Program-made: the position numbers and the translations under genes | Shown: piece after piece, positions 14,101 through 22,038 of the stretch | Numbering within the stretch: position 1 is the first letter of the stretch | How the letters are laid out: each line of letters opens with the position of its first letter | The notes under the pieces: generated by a model | Seen by the model: the letters and a program-made list of their open reading frames with translations, nothing else | Database searches by the model: none | What the model was told of the DNA's origin: nothing | Assembly (NCBI RefSeq): GCF_005503445.1 | Contig: NZ_SCOH01000011.1 | Span: 34,085 to 98,084, forward strand | Reading direction: 5' to 3' | Source of the DNA: Chitinivorax sp. B | GTDB taxonomy: Bacteria > Pseudomonadota > Gammaproteobacteria > Burkholderiales > SCOH01 | DNA: 64,000 nt

Positions 14101-15893
14101 AATTGGTGGCAGCCTTCAACCATATGCACATCTTCCTGGATCCAAATCCGGATGTCGCGCTCAGTTTCAAGGAGCGCCAGCGTATGTTCGTGCTGCCCCG
14201 TTCCAGCTGGGAAGACTACAACAGGGACGTGATTTCGGAAGGTGGTGGCATCTTCTCCCGTTCCGCCAAGACCATTCCGCTGTCACCACAAGTGAAGGCC
14301 ATGCTGCAGGTTGAAGTTGACACCATGACGCCGGCCGAACTGATGAATGCCATCCTCAAGGCACCAGTTGACCTGCTGTATAACGGTGGCATCGGTACCT
14401 ATGTGAAATGCAGTACCCAGACCCATGCAGAAGCCGCCGACCGCGCCAATGATCCGATTCGCGTCAACGGTGGTGAGTTACGCTGCAAGATGGTGGGTGA
14501 AGGCGGTAACCTGGGTTGCACACAGCTAGGTCGTGTTGAGTATGCCTTGAATGGCGGTCGTATCTACACCGATGCGATCGACAATTCTGGTGGCGTGGAT
14601 TGCTCTGATCATGAAGTCAACATCAAGATTCTGCTGACCGGGTTGATGCAAGCGGGCGACATGACCCTGAAACAACGTAATCAGCTGCTGGCAGAAATGA
14701 CCGATGAAGTTGGGCAACTGGTACTGCGTAACAACTATCTGCAGACTCAGGCGATCAGCCTGGAAGCAGAACAGTCAATGTCGCTGTTGCCCGCCCATAT
14801 CCGATTGATGCACAACCTGGAAAAGGCTGGTAAGTTATCCCGTCGCCTGGAGTACCTACCGAACGACGATATCCTGGCAGAACGACGCGCCAAGGGTCAG
14901 GGCATTACCAAGCCGGAGCTGGCTGTATTACTGGCCTACTCGAAGATCGATCTGTATCAGGACCTGCTGGCCAGCACGTTGCCAGACGCCCAAGGTATGG
15001 ATCAGTTGCTGTTCGAATACTTCCCGAAAGTATTGGGCGAACGCTTCCCTGATGCAATGAAGAGCCACGCGCTGAAACGCGAAATCATCGCCAACCACGT
15101 GATCAACGAAACCGTCAACCGCATGGGTTGTACATTTGTTGTCCGCCTGCGTGAAGAGACTGATGCCAGCAGCGCCGACATCGTTCTGGCTTGGCGTGAC
15201 GCCTGCCGCCTGCTGAATGCGGAGCGCTTCTGGCAGGATATTGAAGCACTGGATGGCAAGGCCACGGCCAGTGCACAACATGCACTACATCTGGAGCTGC
15301 GCAAGCAACTCGAACGTCTGACCCGCTGGGTGTTGCGTGAGCGCATGGGCAATCCGAACCTGAGCAGCACACTGGAAACCATCCGTATCGACTTCCAGGC
15401 AGCATTGGCTCAAGCATCGCAATGGCTGGGTTATCGTGACGATCTGAGCAAACTGGTACACGGCTTCGAACAAAACGGTATTCCGTCCGATCTGGCCAAG
15501 CGTCTGGGTTACTTGGATGCAGTGGTTGCGTTACTGGATGTTGTACTGCTGGCCAAGCAGGCTGGCAGCAGTGTCGATGAGGTCGCCGTCAGCTACTTCC
15601 GTATTGACGAGCTATTATCCCTGACATGGTTGCGAGCCAATATTGACGCCTTGCCGCGTGAATCACGTTGGCAAACCCTAGCCCGTATGTCATTGCGCGA
15701 TGAACTGTACCGAGAGCAACGAGCCTTGGTCGAGCGCGTGTTGAAGCTGGGCAATGTCGATAACTGGCTGACCGCCAAGCAGGAAGGCATCAATGGTGCC
15801 CGTGCCCTGCTCGGTGAGTTGATGAGCGAGAAGCGTACCGACATCACCATGCTGTCAGCAGCATTACGTGAACTACGTATCCGCTTCGCGTAA
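11145..15893 (+). CDS. gdhB: NAD-specific glutamate dehydrogenase, large (~180 kDa) type
   Basis: A 1582-aa ORF with the Bac_GDH-family architecture. Its start is preceded by GGAGGAG. Known ArgR target in Pseudomonas. Confidence 0.88.
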   Translation: MQSDIVATKLLDQICAAGNGNAAPGLTSFLEQYYRLVATEDLESREALDWYGAALAHYQFGAKRPAGELKLRVYNPSFNEDNWQTSHTVVEIINDDMPFLVDTVSLTLQRLGLNIHLIIHPIFDVNRDGKGQLSGFDAADTRAESWMHVEIDRISGRGQLEEIHAALETALTQLRACVEDWPTMATRLEAVVDSLPKGNSEAAQAADYLTWLRDEHFVFLGFREYELTSDDKGPQLKIVNESGLGMLREAGEKTLSASFKALPLELRDPKHPRAKQLMVLTKSNSRSTVHRSGYLDVIALRRFDAAGNAVGEYRFLGLYTAAAYNTPPHQIPLLSDKIDAVMKMSGLLPNSHKAKALLNVLETYPRDELIEASEETLFQIALGVVNLQERSRVRVFIREDIFRRYVSALVYLPRDTYNTDVRIKMQQILLNAFNGVSAEFNVMLSEAALARIHFIVRIPTGAQLNYDAADVEAQIVAASRRWADDLRDNLLQHAGEERGNALLRRYQNSFPAAYLADFNARNAVVDIDRIESCLAGHPLELALSAPNPSDTSLIRLKLYRSQPIELSDSLPLLENLGVRVTDERPYKLLLDDGRTVSITDIGLRMPQTGLLHDSDARRAFQHAFAATFTGLAENDPFNRLVLLAGLQWREVVVLRAYSKYLRQIGFNYTIETLADTLARHADLAKRLAGLFNAMFEPAQTGKHDIDTQFVELKDALQKVDSVDDERILSGLFNVIKATLRTNFFQPAVDGQQKPYISFKLSPRDIPNMPQPVPMFEIWVYSPRVEGVHLRGGKVARGGLRWSDRKEDFRTEVLGLVKAQMVKNTVIVPVGSKGGFVCKQMVPGMDRDAVQVEGVECYKTFIRGLLDVTDNLKEGKVVPPLNVVRRDQDDPYLVVAADKGTATFSDIANSVSQEYGFWLDDAFASGGSAGYDHKKMGITARGAWESVKRQFREMGVDTQQEVFTVAGIGDMAGDVFGNGMLNSPFIKLVAAFNHMHIFLDPNPDVALSFKERQRMFVLPRSSWEDYNRDVISEGGGIFSRSAKTIPLSPQVKAMLQVEVDTMTPAELMNAILKAPVDLLYNGGIGTYVKCSTQTHAEAADRANDPIRVNGGELRCKMVGEGGNLGCTQLGRVEYALNGGRIYTDAIDNSGGVDCSDHEVNIKILLTGLMQAGDMTLKQRNQLLAEMTDEVGQLVLRNNYLQTQAISLEAEQSMSLLPAHIRLMHNLEKAGKLSRRLEYLPNDDILAERRAKGQGITKPELAVLLAYSKIDLYQDLLASTLPDAQGMDQLLFEYFPKVLGERFPDAMKSHALKREIIANHVINETVNRMGCTFVVRLREETDASSADIVLAWRDACRLLNAERFWQDIEALDGKATASAQHALHLELRKQLERLTRWVLRERMGNPNLSSTLETIRIDFQAALAQASQWLGYRDDLSKLVHGFEQNGIPSDLAKRLGYLDAVVALLDVVLLAKQAGSSVDEVAVSYFRIDELLSLTWLRANIDALPRESRWQTLARMSLRDELYREQRALVERVLKLGNVDNWLTAKQEGINGARALLGELMSEKRTDITMLSAALRELRIRFA

Positions 15894-15915
15894 GCTGGTT
15901 TCTCTTCTCCAATCA

Positions 15916-15940
15916 AAGCGGGCCTTGGCCCGCTTTGTCA
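15916..15940. terminator. bidirectional intrinsic terminator between convergent gdhB and the tetR-like gene
   Basis: The sequence AAAGCGGGCCTTGGCCCGCTTTG has a GC-rich stem flanked by an A-run and a T-run. Confidence 0.6.
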
Positions 15941-16597
15941 TTACTGCGATAAATATGGCGCCGCCAAGTGATCAAATGCCAGCTGCTGCTCGGCACTGAG
16001 CAACGGCGATACCAGTGACATCGCCTGAAACACACCATTTGCCATCACATCGCTTCCCAAGTCTTGGCGCGGATGCCGGACATACTCAAACGACAACCAC
16101 TGACTCGCGATCACCATCATATTGACCGCCATGGTCTGGATTTGATGGCGGGTTGCCCTCAATTCTCCTCGCATTGCCAGCGAACTCAGAATACCGGCCA
16201 CCGACCGGGCCTGTAGGCCGATAACCTGCTTGAAGCGGCTGGCTACGCCAGGATACCGGGACACCACATTTACCGGGTCACGGTACAGAAACCGGAATTT
16301 CCAGGCCAATTGAAACAGCAAATGCAGGTATAACCACAGATCTTCCAACGTAGCAGCTCGCCCTTCCTCTAACACCAATTCCTCATGTACTTCATGACGA
16401 AACAACTCGAACAAGGCTTCGACAATCGCCTCTTTGTTTTTGAAATGGTAGTAAAGGTTACCCGGGCTGATACTCAATAGTTCACCAATCTCAGTGGCAG
16501 TGACATTGGATTCCCCAACTGCATTGAAACGCGACAGACTCAGCTCAAGAATCCGCTCCTTGGTACGACGTTTGGGTTTGGCTTCCATAGTCACCAC
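15941..16597 (-). CDS. TetR/AcrR-family transcriptional regulator
   Basis: An N-terminal TetR HTH is present (TATEIGELLSISPGNLYYHFKNKEAIV); 218 aa. Confidence 0.8.
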   Translation of the reverse strand: MVTMEAKPKRRTKERILELSLSRFNAVGESNVTATEIGELLSISPGNLYYHFKNKEAIVEALFELFRHEVHEELVLEEGRAATLEDLWLYLHLLFQLAWKFRFLYRDPVNVVSRYPGVASRFKQVIGLQARSVAGILSSLAMRGELRATRHQIQTMAVNMMVIASQWLSFEYVRHPRQDLGSDVMANGVFQAMSLVSPLLSAEQQLAFDHLAAPYLSQ

Positions 16598-16727
16598 TCA
16601 CCATGCGACCGACACGACATCATGTACGCCACATGCCCTTCGCCGCCATACCATTTATAGAGGTTTGCTTCCATGCCGATCCACATACATACTTAAAATC
16701 AAGCCATTGCCATAAATCCATGCCGCC

Positions 16728-17447
16728 ATGTCTGACCACCTGCATCCTGCTGGTTTTTGCGCGATCATGCTGATCTTGCTGGCATACCCGGCCCGTGCCG
16801 ACATATCAATGCAAGATGTCAGAATCTATACAGCCAACGATCCACCTTATGTGGTGGTGGACAAACAAGGTCAGCTGATAGGCGGCACCACCGTTGACAA
16901 AATGCTGCAGGTTCTGGAGGAGCTGCAACTATCACCGGACATCATTCAAAGTGTGCCCTGGTCTAGAGCATTAAAGGAGGCACGCAACAATCCAGGCGTC
17001 ATGATCTTCCCAATGGCCAAAACCGTGGAACGTCTAAAATATTTCGACTTCACTTTCAAAATCATTGATTCCTACGTGTATTTCTACAAACTGAAGCATC
17101 GAGAAGATATACAGTTGAATCAATTGGAAGATGCACGCAAGTACTCTATTTGCGTGGTATCCAACGACTACCGTCAAGAATACCTGGAAGCCGAAGGCTT
17201 TACCCGCCTTGATTTCGCGACAGACAGTACACTCAATGTCAAAAAGTTCATCCATGGGCGCTGCGATCTGATTATATCGACTGAAATTGGACTAGCATCC
17301 AAACTGAAATCGCTGGATCAGGATGGAACGATTGTCAAACGGCTGCTGCTGTTGGATAAGCTGGATAGTGCGCTATACGCCGCCTTCAATAAAACAACAC
17401 CACCCGAAATCATTGAACTGTTCCGTCGAGCAGCCCGAGAGAAGTAA
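16728..17447 (+). CDS. orphan periplasmic solute-binding protein (family 3, amino-acid type)
   Basis: 239 aa with a signal peptide ending PARA. It shows PBPb-like features. No permease or ATPase partner lies nearby. Confidence 0.55.
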   Translation: MSDHLHPAGFCAIMLILLAYPARADISMQDVRIYTANDPPYVVVDKQGQLIGGTTVDKMLQVLEELQLSPDIIQSVPWSRALKEARNNPGVMIFPMAKTVERLKYFDFTFKIIDSYVYFYKLKHREDIQLNQLEDARKYSICVVSNDYRQEYLEAEGFTRLDFATDSTLNVKKFIHGRCDLIISTEIGLASKLKSLDQDGTIVKRLLLLDKLDSALYAAFNKTTPPEIIELFRRAAREK

Positions 17448-17468
17448 TACTGTCGCAACCTTCCGGCC

Positions 17469-17492
17469 AAAAAAAGCCCGCCATAGGCGGGC
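17469..17492 (-). terminator. intrinsic terminator of the phasin gene
   Basis: The sequence is AAAAAAAGCCCGCCATAGGCGGGC. On the minus strand this reads as a stem plus TTTTTTT. Confidence 0.6.
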
Positions 17493-17583
17493 GCGAGGAA
17501 GGGGTGTACTGCTTCTTCATCAATCGACAACAGGGTCTAACACCGTACAACTCATCATATTGCTGCAGAGCCCTTCAAGCGAC

Positions 17584-18072
17584 TTACTGCACGGCAACTT
17601 CCAGCTCAGTCGCTGTCAACGTCGTGTCCTTGACACTTTCCTTCGACTCAATCGAAGCCTTCTTTACCACACCGGCCGCCTTCTTTTCGGCAGCAATCGC
17701 CTTTTCCAGCAATTTGGTCAGCTCTTCCACACGAGCAGTCAGCTCGGCTACTTCCTTACGGCTGGGTACCCCCAAGCGGGAGACCACACCTGCAACGCGA
17801 TCCTGAAACACCTGCTCCAACTTGTCCCAGGTCTCGGTGGCTTTGGACGTACCTTTAGATACCTGCTTGCCAACCGCCTTCTGAGTCTTGGCTTGCAGGG
17901 CTTCGCCCTCCTTCACCAGCTCTTCAAAGACCTTGTTGCCCGTAGATTGTGCCTTGGCAAAAGCACCCAAACCGGCCAACCAGATTTGCTGCGCGGAATC
18001 CCGCGTACCTTTCACCAACTCGTTCTCTGTGACGTTGGAAGCAATGGATTTCAATTGTTTAACCACAGCCAT
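17584..18072 (-). CDS. phasin-family PHA granule-associated protein
   Basis: A 162-aa helical protein with phasin-type sequence (MAVVKQLKSIASNVTENELVKGTRDSAQQIWLAGLGAFAKAQ...). The start was chosen at MAVV (ATG at 18072) after GAGAGGAG. Confidence 0.72.
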   Translation of the reverse strand: MAVVKQLKSIASNVTENELVKGTRDSAQQIWLAGLGAFAKAQSTGNKVFEELVKEGEALQAKTQKAVGKQVSKGTSKATETWDKLEQVFQDRVAGVVSRLGVPSRKEVAELTARVEELTKLLEKAIAAEKKAAGVVKKASIESKESVKDTTLTATELEVAVQ

Positions 18073-18265
18073 GACAGACTCCTCTCTGATCTTCGTTTTC
18101 ACCTTGACGCCACGTTCGCTGCAACGTCTTCCTGACATCTTGATGACAGTCTAGGGAAAAAAATTAGAGGGGGCACACTAATCACCGCGTCAGAACTTGA
18201 TCTGAATCAAACAGACTGGCGTGTCTCCACGGCCATCAATATTTACCAAGACCAGGTTTCCCACA

Positions 18266-19189
18266 TCATGGCAACAAAGCCGGCAGGACTATCTGCCCGG
18301 CATCCATCTGCTCAAACGGCTTGCCCACCTGATCCAGTAGCAGTTCACGAAATGCTCGCATGGCAGCAGTCATCACAACATCGTTTCGATAGATCAACAA
18401 CGTGGGGGCGCGAGAAAATGTGGCTGGCAGGTGATGAACACAAATCGAATCGCGTAGTCGATGCTGCTTGACCAGCGATAGGGGCATCATCGAAATGCCC
18501 ATCCCTGCTGCCACACAGCCCATGATGGCGTCAAACGAACCGAAATCCATGCTACGGCGTGGACTCGCCCCGATGTGATCCAACCACCGTTCTAGATAGC
18601 TGCGATACATGCATCCCTGGCGGAAGACCAATACAGCGGTCTCGCTCATTTGTGCACTATTTGGCAACGCACCATAGACTGGGCTGGTGATCAATACCAG
18701 CTCCTCGTCAAACACTACCTCTTGAGTCAAATCCGGATGCGACAACGGCGCTGCCACCAAAGCGGCAGGTAACTTCTTCGCCAACACAGCACCCATCAAC
18801 TCACGCGTGGTGCCTGTCTCCAGGTTCAATTCCACATCAGGAAACCGGGCATGATATTGCGGCAACACTTTAGGCAAGCGCGAGGCAGCTGTCGTCTCCA
18901 TGGTACCGAGTGTCAGCGAACCTCGTGGCGTACCTGTATCGGTCACTGCCGCACGAGCCTCGTCAGTCATTCGAATGATGCGGTCAGCGTATTGCAGCAA
19001 GACTTCTCCAGCTGGCGTAATCTGCATTCTACGGTTACGACGATAGAACAGCGCCACGCCCAATTCATCTTCCAGTTGCTTGATCCGTGCCGTCACATTG
19101 GATTGCACATAGTGCAACTTTTCTGCGGCACGGGTGACTCCCCCCTCTTCGGCCACGGTTCGAAAGATTTTCAAACTGACCACGTCCAT
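18266..19189 (-). CDS. LysR-family transcriptional regulator
   Basis: An N-terminal LysR HTH (MDVVSLKIFRTVAEEGGVTRAAEKLHYVQSNVTARIKQLEDELG) and a substrate-binding domain. It is divergent from the MFS transporter gene. Confidence 0.85.
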   Translation of the reverse strand: MDVVSLKIFRTVAEEGGVTRAAEKLHYVQSNVTARIKQLEDELGVALFYRRNRRMQITPAGEVLLQYADRIIRMTDEARAAVTDTGTPRGSLTLGTMETTAASRLPKVLPQYHARFPDVELNLETGTTRELMGAVLAKKLPAALVAAPLSHPDLTQEVVFDEELVLITSPVYGALPNSAQMSETAVLVFRQGCMYRSYLERWLDHIGASPRRSMDFGSFDAIMGCVAAGMGISMMPLSLVKQHRLRDSICVHHLPATFSRAPTLLIYRNDVVMTAAMRAFRELLLDQVGKPFEQMDAGQIVLPALLP

Positions 19190-19289
19190 TATCCATCTCC
19201 ATTTATGATGATTTTAATCATTATTATTCGTTTTTCATGATAATGAAATCGAGCTATGCTGAATCGACATTCTTTGAATCACAACGACA

Positions 19290-20465
19290 ATGTCTCATTC
19301 TCAACCCTCTCTTTCCCGCATCTTGCTTGGTGGCATTGCCGCAGTAATGATCGTCCATGGCATCGGGCGCTTCGCCTATACACCGCTTTTGCCCTTGATG
19401 GTAGAAGATGGCCTGAGCTTGCAGCAGGCTGGCTGGATCGCCTCAAGCAATTATGTCGGCTATCTGATCGGCGCATTGTTTACCGTGTTTTATCACGGTC
19501 AGCGCGAGCCTTGGCTGCGTGGCGCTCTGCTGGTAAACCTATTGACGACTTTTGCCATGCCACTGACACAACAGTGGGAAAGCTGGGCAATCTTGCGGCT
19601 GCTGTCGGGTATTAGCAATGGTCTTGTGTTTGTCTATGCCTCTGCCTTTGTCTTCGGGCATATGGCGAAAGCTGGCCGGGTTGCGCTGAGCGGCTTGCTC
19701 TATGCCGGCGTAGGAGCAGGGATTGTGCTATCCGGCCTGGTCATCAGTGTATTGCCACTGTTACAAGGCAATTGGCAACTTGGCTGGTGGCTATCTGGAG
19801 TGGCATGCTGCCTGGTACTTTGGCCAGCATGGCAATTGCACGAACCCAATACCCCATCCAGCGCTCACAACCAACCTCACCCGCGTGCCGGCACCAATCT
19901 GATCTGGGTTGCGATGGGCTATGGCTGTGCTGGGCTTGGATATATTGTGAGCGCCACATTTTTGCCCGCCATTATCCGTGCCACACCAGGGTTGGAACAC
20001 GTCGCAGCACTTAGCTGGATCATTGTCGGTATTGCTGCAATTCCCTCCAGCGTTTGCTGGAGTTGGCTGATGCAGCGGATTGGCGAATTGCGTGCCCTGC
20101 TTCTGGCCTATGCATTGCAGGCAATAGGCGTCATCGCACCGGTATGGATAGGTGGCTTGGCTGGTGCCCTGCTCAGTGCCATGTTACTAGGTGGTACCTT
20201 TCTTGGCATCGTGGTCATGGCTATGGCAATGGCCCGCCGTCACGACCCTCATGGTGGCAGCCGTACGGTTGGGTTGTTAACCTCCATCTACGGTCTCGCC
20301 CAAATCATTGGCCCACTGATTACCGCGAGCCTGACCAACCGCCCCGATGGAATGGAGCTGTCACTGATCATCGCCGCACTCAGTCTGGGCGCAGGCGCCT
20401 TACTGCTGATCAAAGCCGAATTTAATCAAGCGAAGCAACGCCTGTTTACCCGGCAACTTTCTTGA
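19290..20465 (+). CDS. MFS transporter (YbfB/YjiJ-like)
   Basis: 391 aa with about 12 predicted TM segments. Confidence 0.78.
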   Translation: MSHSQPSLSRILLGGIAAVMIVHGIGRFAYTPLLPLMVEDGLSLQQAGWIASSNYVGYLIGALFTVFYHGQREPWLRGALLVNLLTTFAMPLTQQWESWAILRLLSGISNGLVFVYASAFVFGHMAKAGRVALSGLLYAGVGAGIVLSGLVISVLPLLQGNWQLGWWLSGVACCLVLWPAWQLHEPNTPSSAHNQPHPRAGTNLIWVAMGYGCAGLGYIVSATFLPAIIRATPGLEHVAALSWIIVGIAAIPSSVCWSWLMQRIGELRALLLAYALQAIGVIAPVWIGGLAGALLSAMLLGGTFLGIVVMAMAMARRHDPHGGSRTVGLLTSIYGLAQIIGPLITASLTNRPDGMELSLIIAALSLGAGALLLIKAEFNQAKQRLFTRQLS

Positions 20466-20518
20466 CCTATTTGCCCAATTTTGTGGCAACTGCCAATCAA
20501 TCACTACAGGAGTCATCC

Positions 20519-20722
20519 ATGCCTTATGTCAATATCAAAATCACCCGTGAAGGCACCACGCCCGAACAGAAGGCAGCACTGATCAAAGGTGTCACCCAAC
20601 TGCTGGTTGATGTGCTGGACAAGAACCCGAACACCACGGTAGTGGTGATTGACGAAGTGGGCACAGATAATTGGGGAATCGGCGGGGAAAGCGTGACCGT
20701 ACGGCGCAGAAGCGGGTGCTGA
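20519..20722 (+). CDS. 4-oxalocrotonate tautomerase-family protein
   Basis: A 67-aa product starting MPYVNIKI with a Pro1 catalytic residue, matching the 4-OT family in size and sequence. Confidence 0.78.
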   Translation: MPYVNIKITREGTTPEQKAALIKGVTQLLVDVLDKNPNTTVVVIDEVGTDNWGIGGESVTVRRRSGC

Positions 20723-20784
20723 TCCGCTGCTGACCGGATAGGCAGATGAATTTCGGGGCCTGCCCGGCCCCCTACTCCATCCAT

Positions 20785-21846
20785 TTAGAATTTGGTTTTC
20801 GATATCACTTTCCCACGCCTGAAATTGTTCGAGCAATCGTAGGTAACACTGGTGGCATGCAGGCCTTGCTGATCAACCTGAAGGCGAATCTCGGTTTCCT
20901 GCTCCCCACCATGATCCCCACAAGGATATTGCACCAAGGCTACCTGTCCATTGCTTTCGCGCAATTTCTCCCAATCTGAGCGCCGTTCAAACACCAGAGG
21001 CTGATCGGGATGTGCCACCGTGCCGAATGCGTGCAATTGATTGCGTTTCGAACTGACACCAACAGCGACTGCCTGGGTATGGCCACAGGGTTCAGCACCA
21101 ATCTGAAGCACGAACTCGGTTGCCTGACCATTGTGGTCATAGTCTCCCATGTTCATGACACCAACTGGCGGGCGGTTCTTCACCTGTTTCTCGATACGTC
21201 CAATATCCTCAACATCACGGTCACCTTTCATCACCGGCCATCTCGGTAACATGGATTCCCCTTCTGTACCGGCACCCTCCGAGAATAGAAAGCCCAGCGG
21301 CAGCCGCTCTTCTGCCTGCCCATGACGCAAGCGTACCAAATCAAGCTTGCCGGATTGTCCAAACGCATAGCCATGGCAAGGACACGTCTGCCACGTATCG
21401 ACACTATCAGTCGAACAATAAGGCTTGGGCGATTGCCGCCACTGCAGTTGCCAGATTTCAGCCCCCCCATCGACCATGACCACGCGTTGTTCACGCAGTA
21501 CAACCGATGCCCACTTTCCAGACTGCTTTGGCCTGGCATACTTCCCAGCTTCCTCCATGACATACAACTCACCGGTATTACCATCGATACGCCAGTCACC
21601 TAGCCATTTATCCATTTCACGACACCCACTTGCCCACAACGCCACGGCATAGCCCATGTTCTTCAACCTCATGTTCCTGATCTGCAGGCAATTAGGCTGC
21701 ACGGGGTAATAGCGTTGTGTGACAACCCATTGCTTGAGTAAGAGTTGCGCTTCATTTTGATCAATGCGCACATCCTCAGCTTTAACGATCGAAGAGACAA
21801 ACAAGCTGCCAATGAACAAACCAACACGGAAAAGACATATGGACAT
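20785..21846 (-). CDS. secreted hypothetical protein (signal peptide, Cys-containing, no recognised domain)
   Basis: 353 aa. The N-terminus MSICLFRVGLFIGSLFVSSIVKA is signal-peptide-like and there are 10 Cys residues. No family was recognised. Confidence 0.5.
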   Translation of the reverse strand: MSICLFRVGLFIGSLFVSSIVKAEDVRIDQNEAQLLLKQWVVTQRYYPVQPNCLQIRNMRLKNMGYAVALWASGCREMDKWLGDWRIDGNTGELYVMEEAGKYARPKQSGKWASVVLREQRVVMVDGGAEIWQLQWRQSPKPYCSTDSVDTWQTCPCHGYAFGQSGKLDLVRLRHGQAEERLPLGFLFSEGAGTEGESMLPRWPVMKGDRDVEDIGRIEKQVKNRPPVGVMNMGDYDHNGQATEFVLQIGAEPCGHTQAVAVGVSSKRNQLHAFGTVAHPDQPLVFERRSDWEKLRESNGQVALVQYPCGDHGGEQETEIRLQVDQQGLHATSVTYDCSNNFRRGKVISKTKF

Positions 21847-21967
21847 GGGAAATAATCAAAAAAGTTAAAAAGCCCAAACAGAATAGGCAGTCACATCTAA
21901 CAAGCCGACCGAAGTCAACCCACAACAGACTTTTCTCAAGCTGACGGTGTTACAGCCCGGTAAGCAT

Positions 21968-22003
21968 GAAAAAACCGCCAGCGAGATATCACTGGCGGTT
22001 TTC
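21968..22003. terminator. intrinsic terminator downstream of purL
   Basis: The sequence is AAAAAACCGCCAG-N10-CTGGCGGTTTTC. The minus strand reads as a stem plus T-run. Confidence 0.55.
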
Positions 22004-22038
22004 GACACATCATTACCCGATGAAAAAAGGCGCCGGGA

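Noticed and set aside
20785-21846. Possible Rieske [2Fe-2S] protein because of a CPCHG motif
   Set aside because: The companion CxH box is not upstream at the required spacing of about 15-20 residues. The order and spacing of Cys and His ligands do not fit a Rieske fold.
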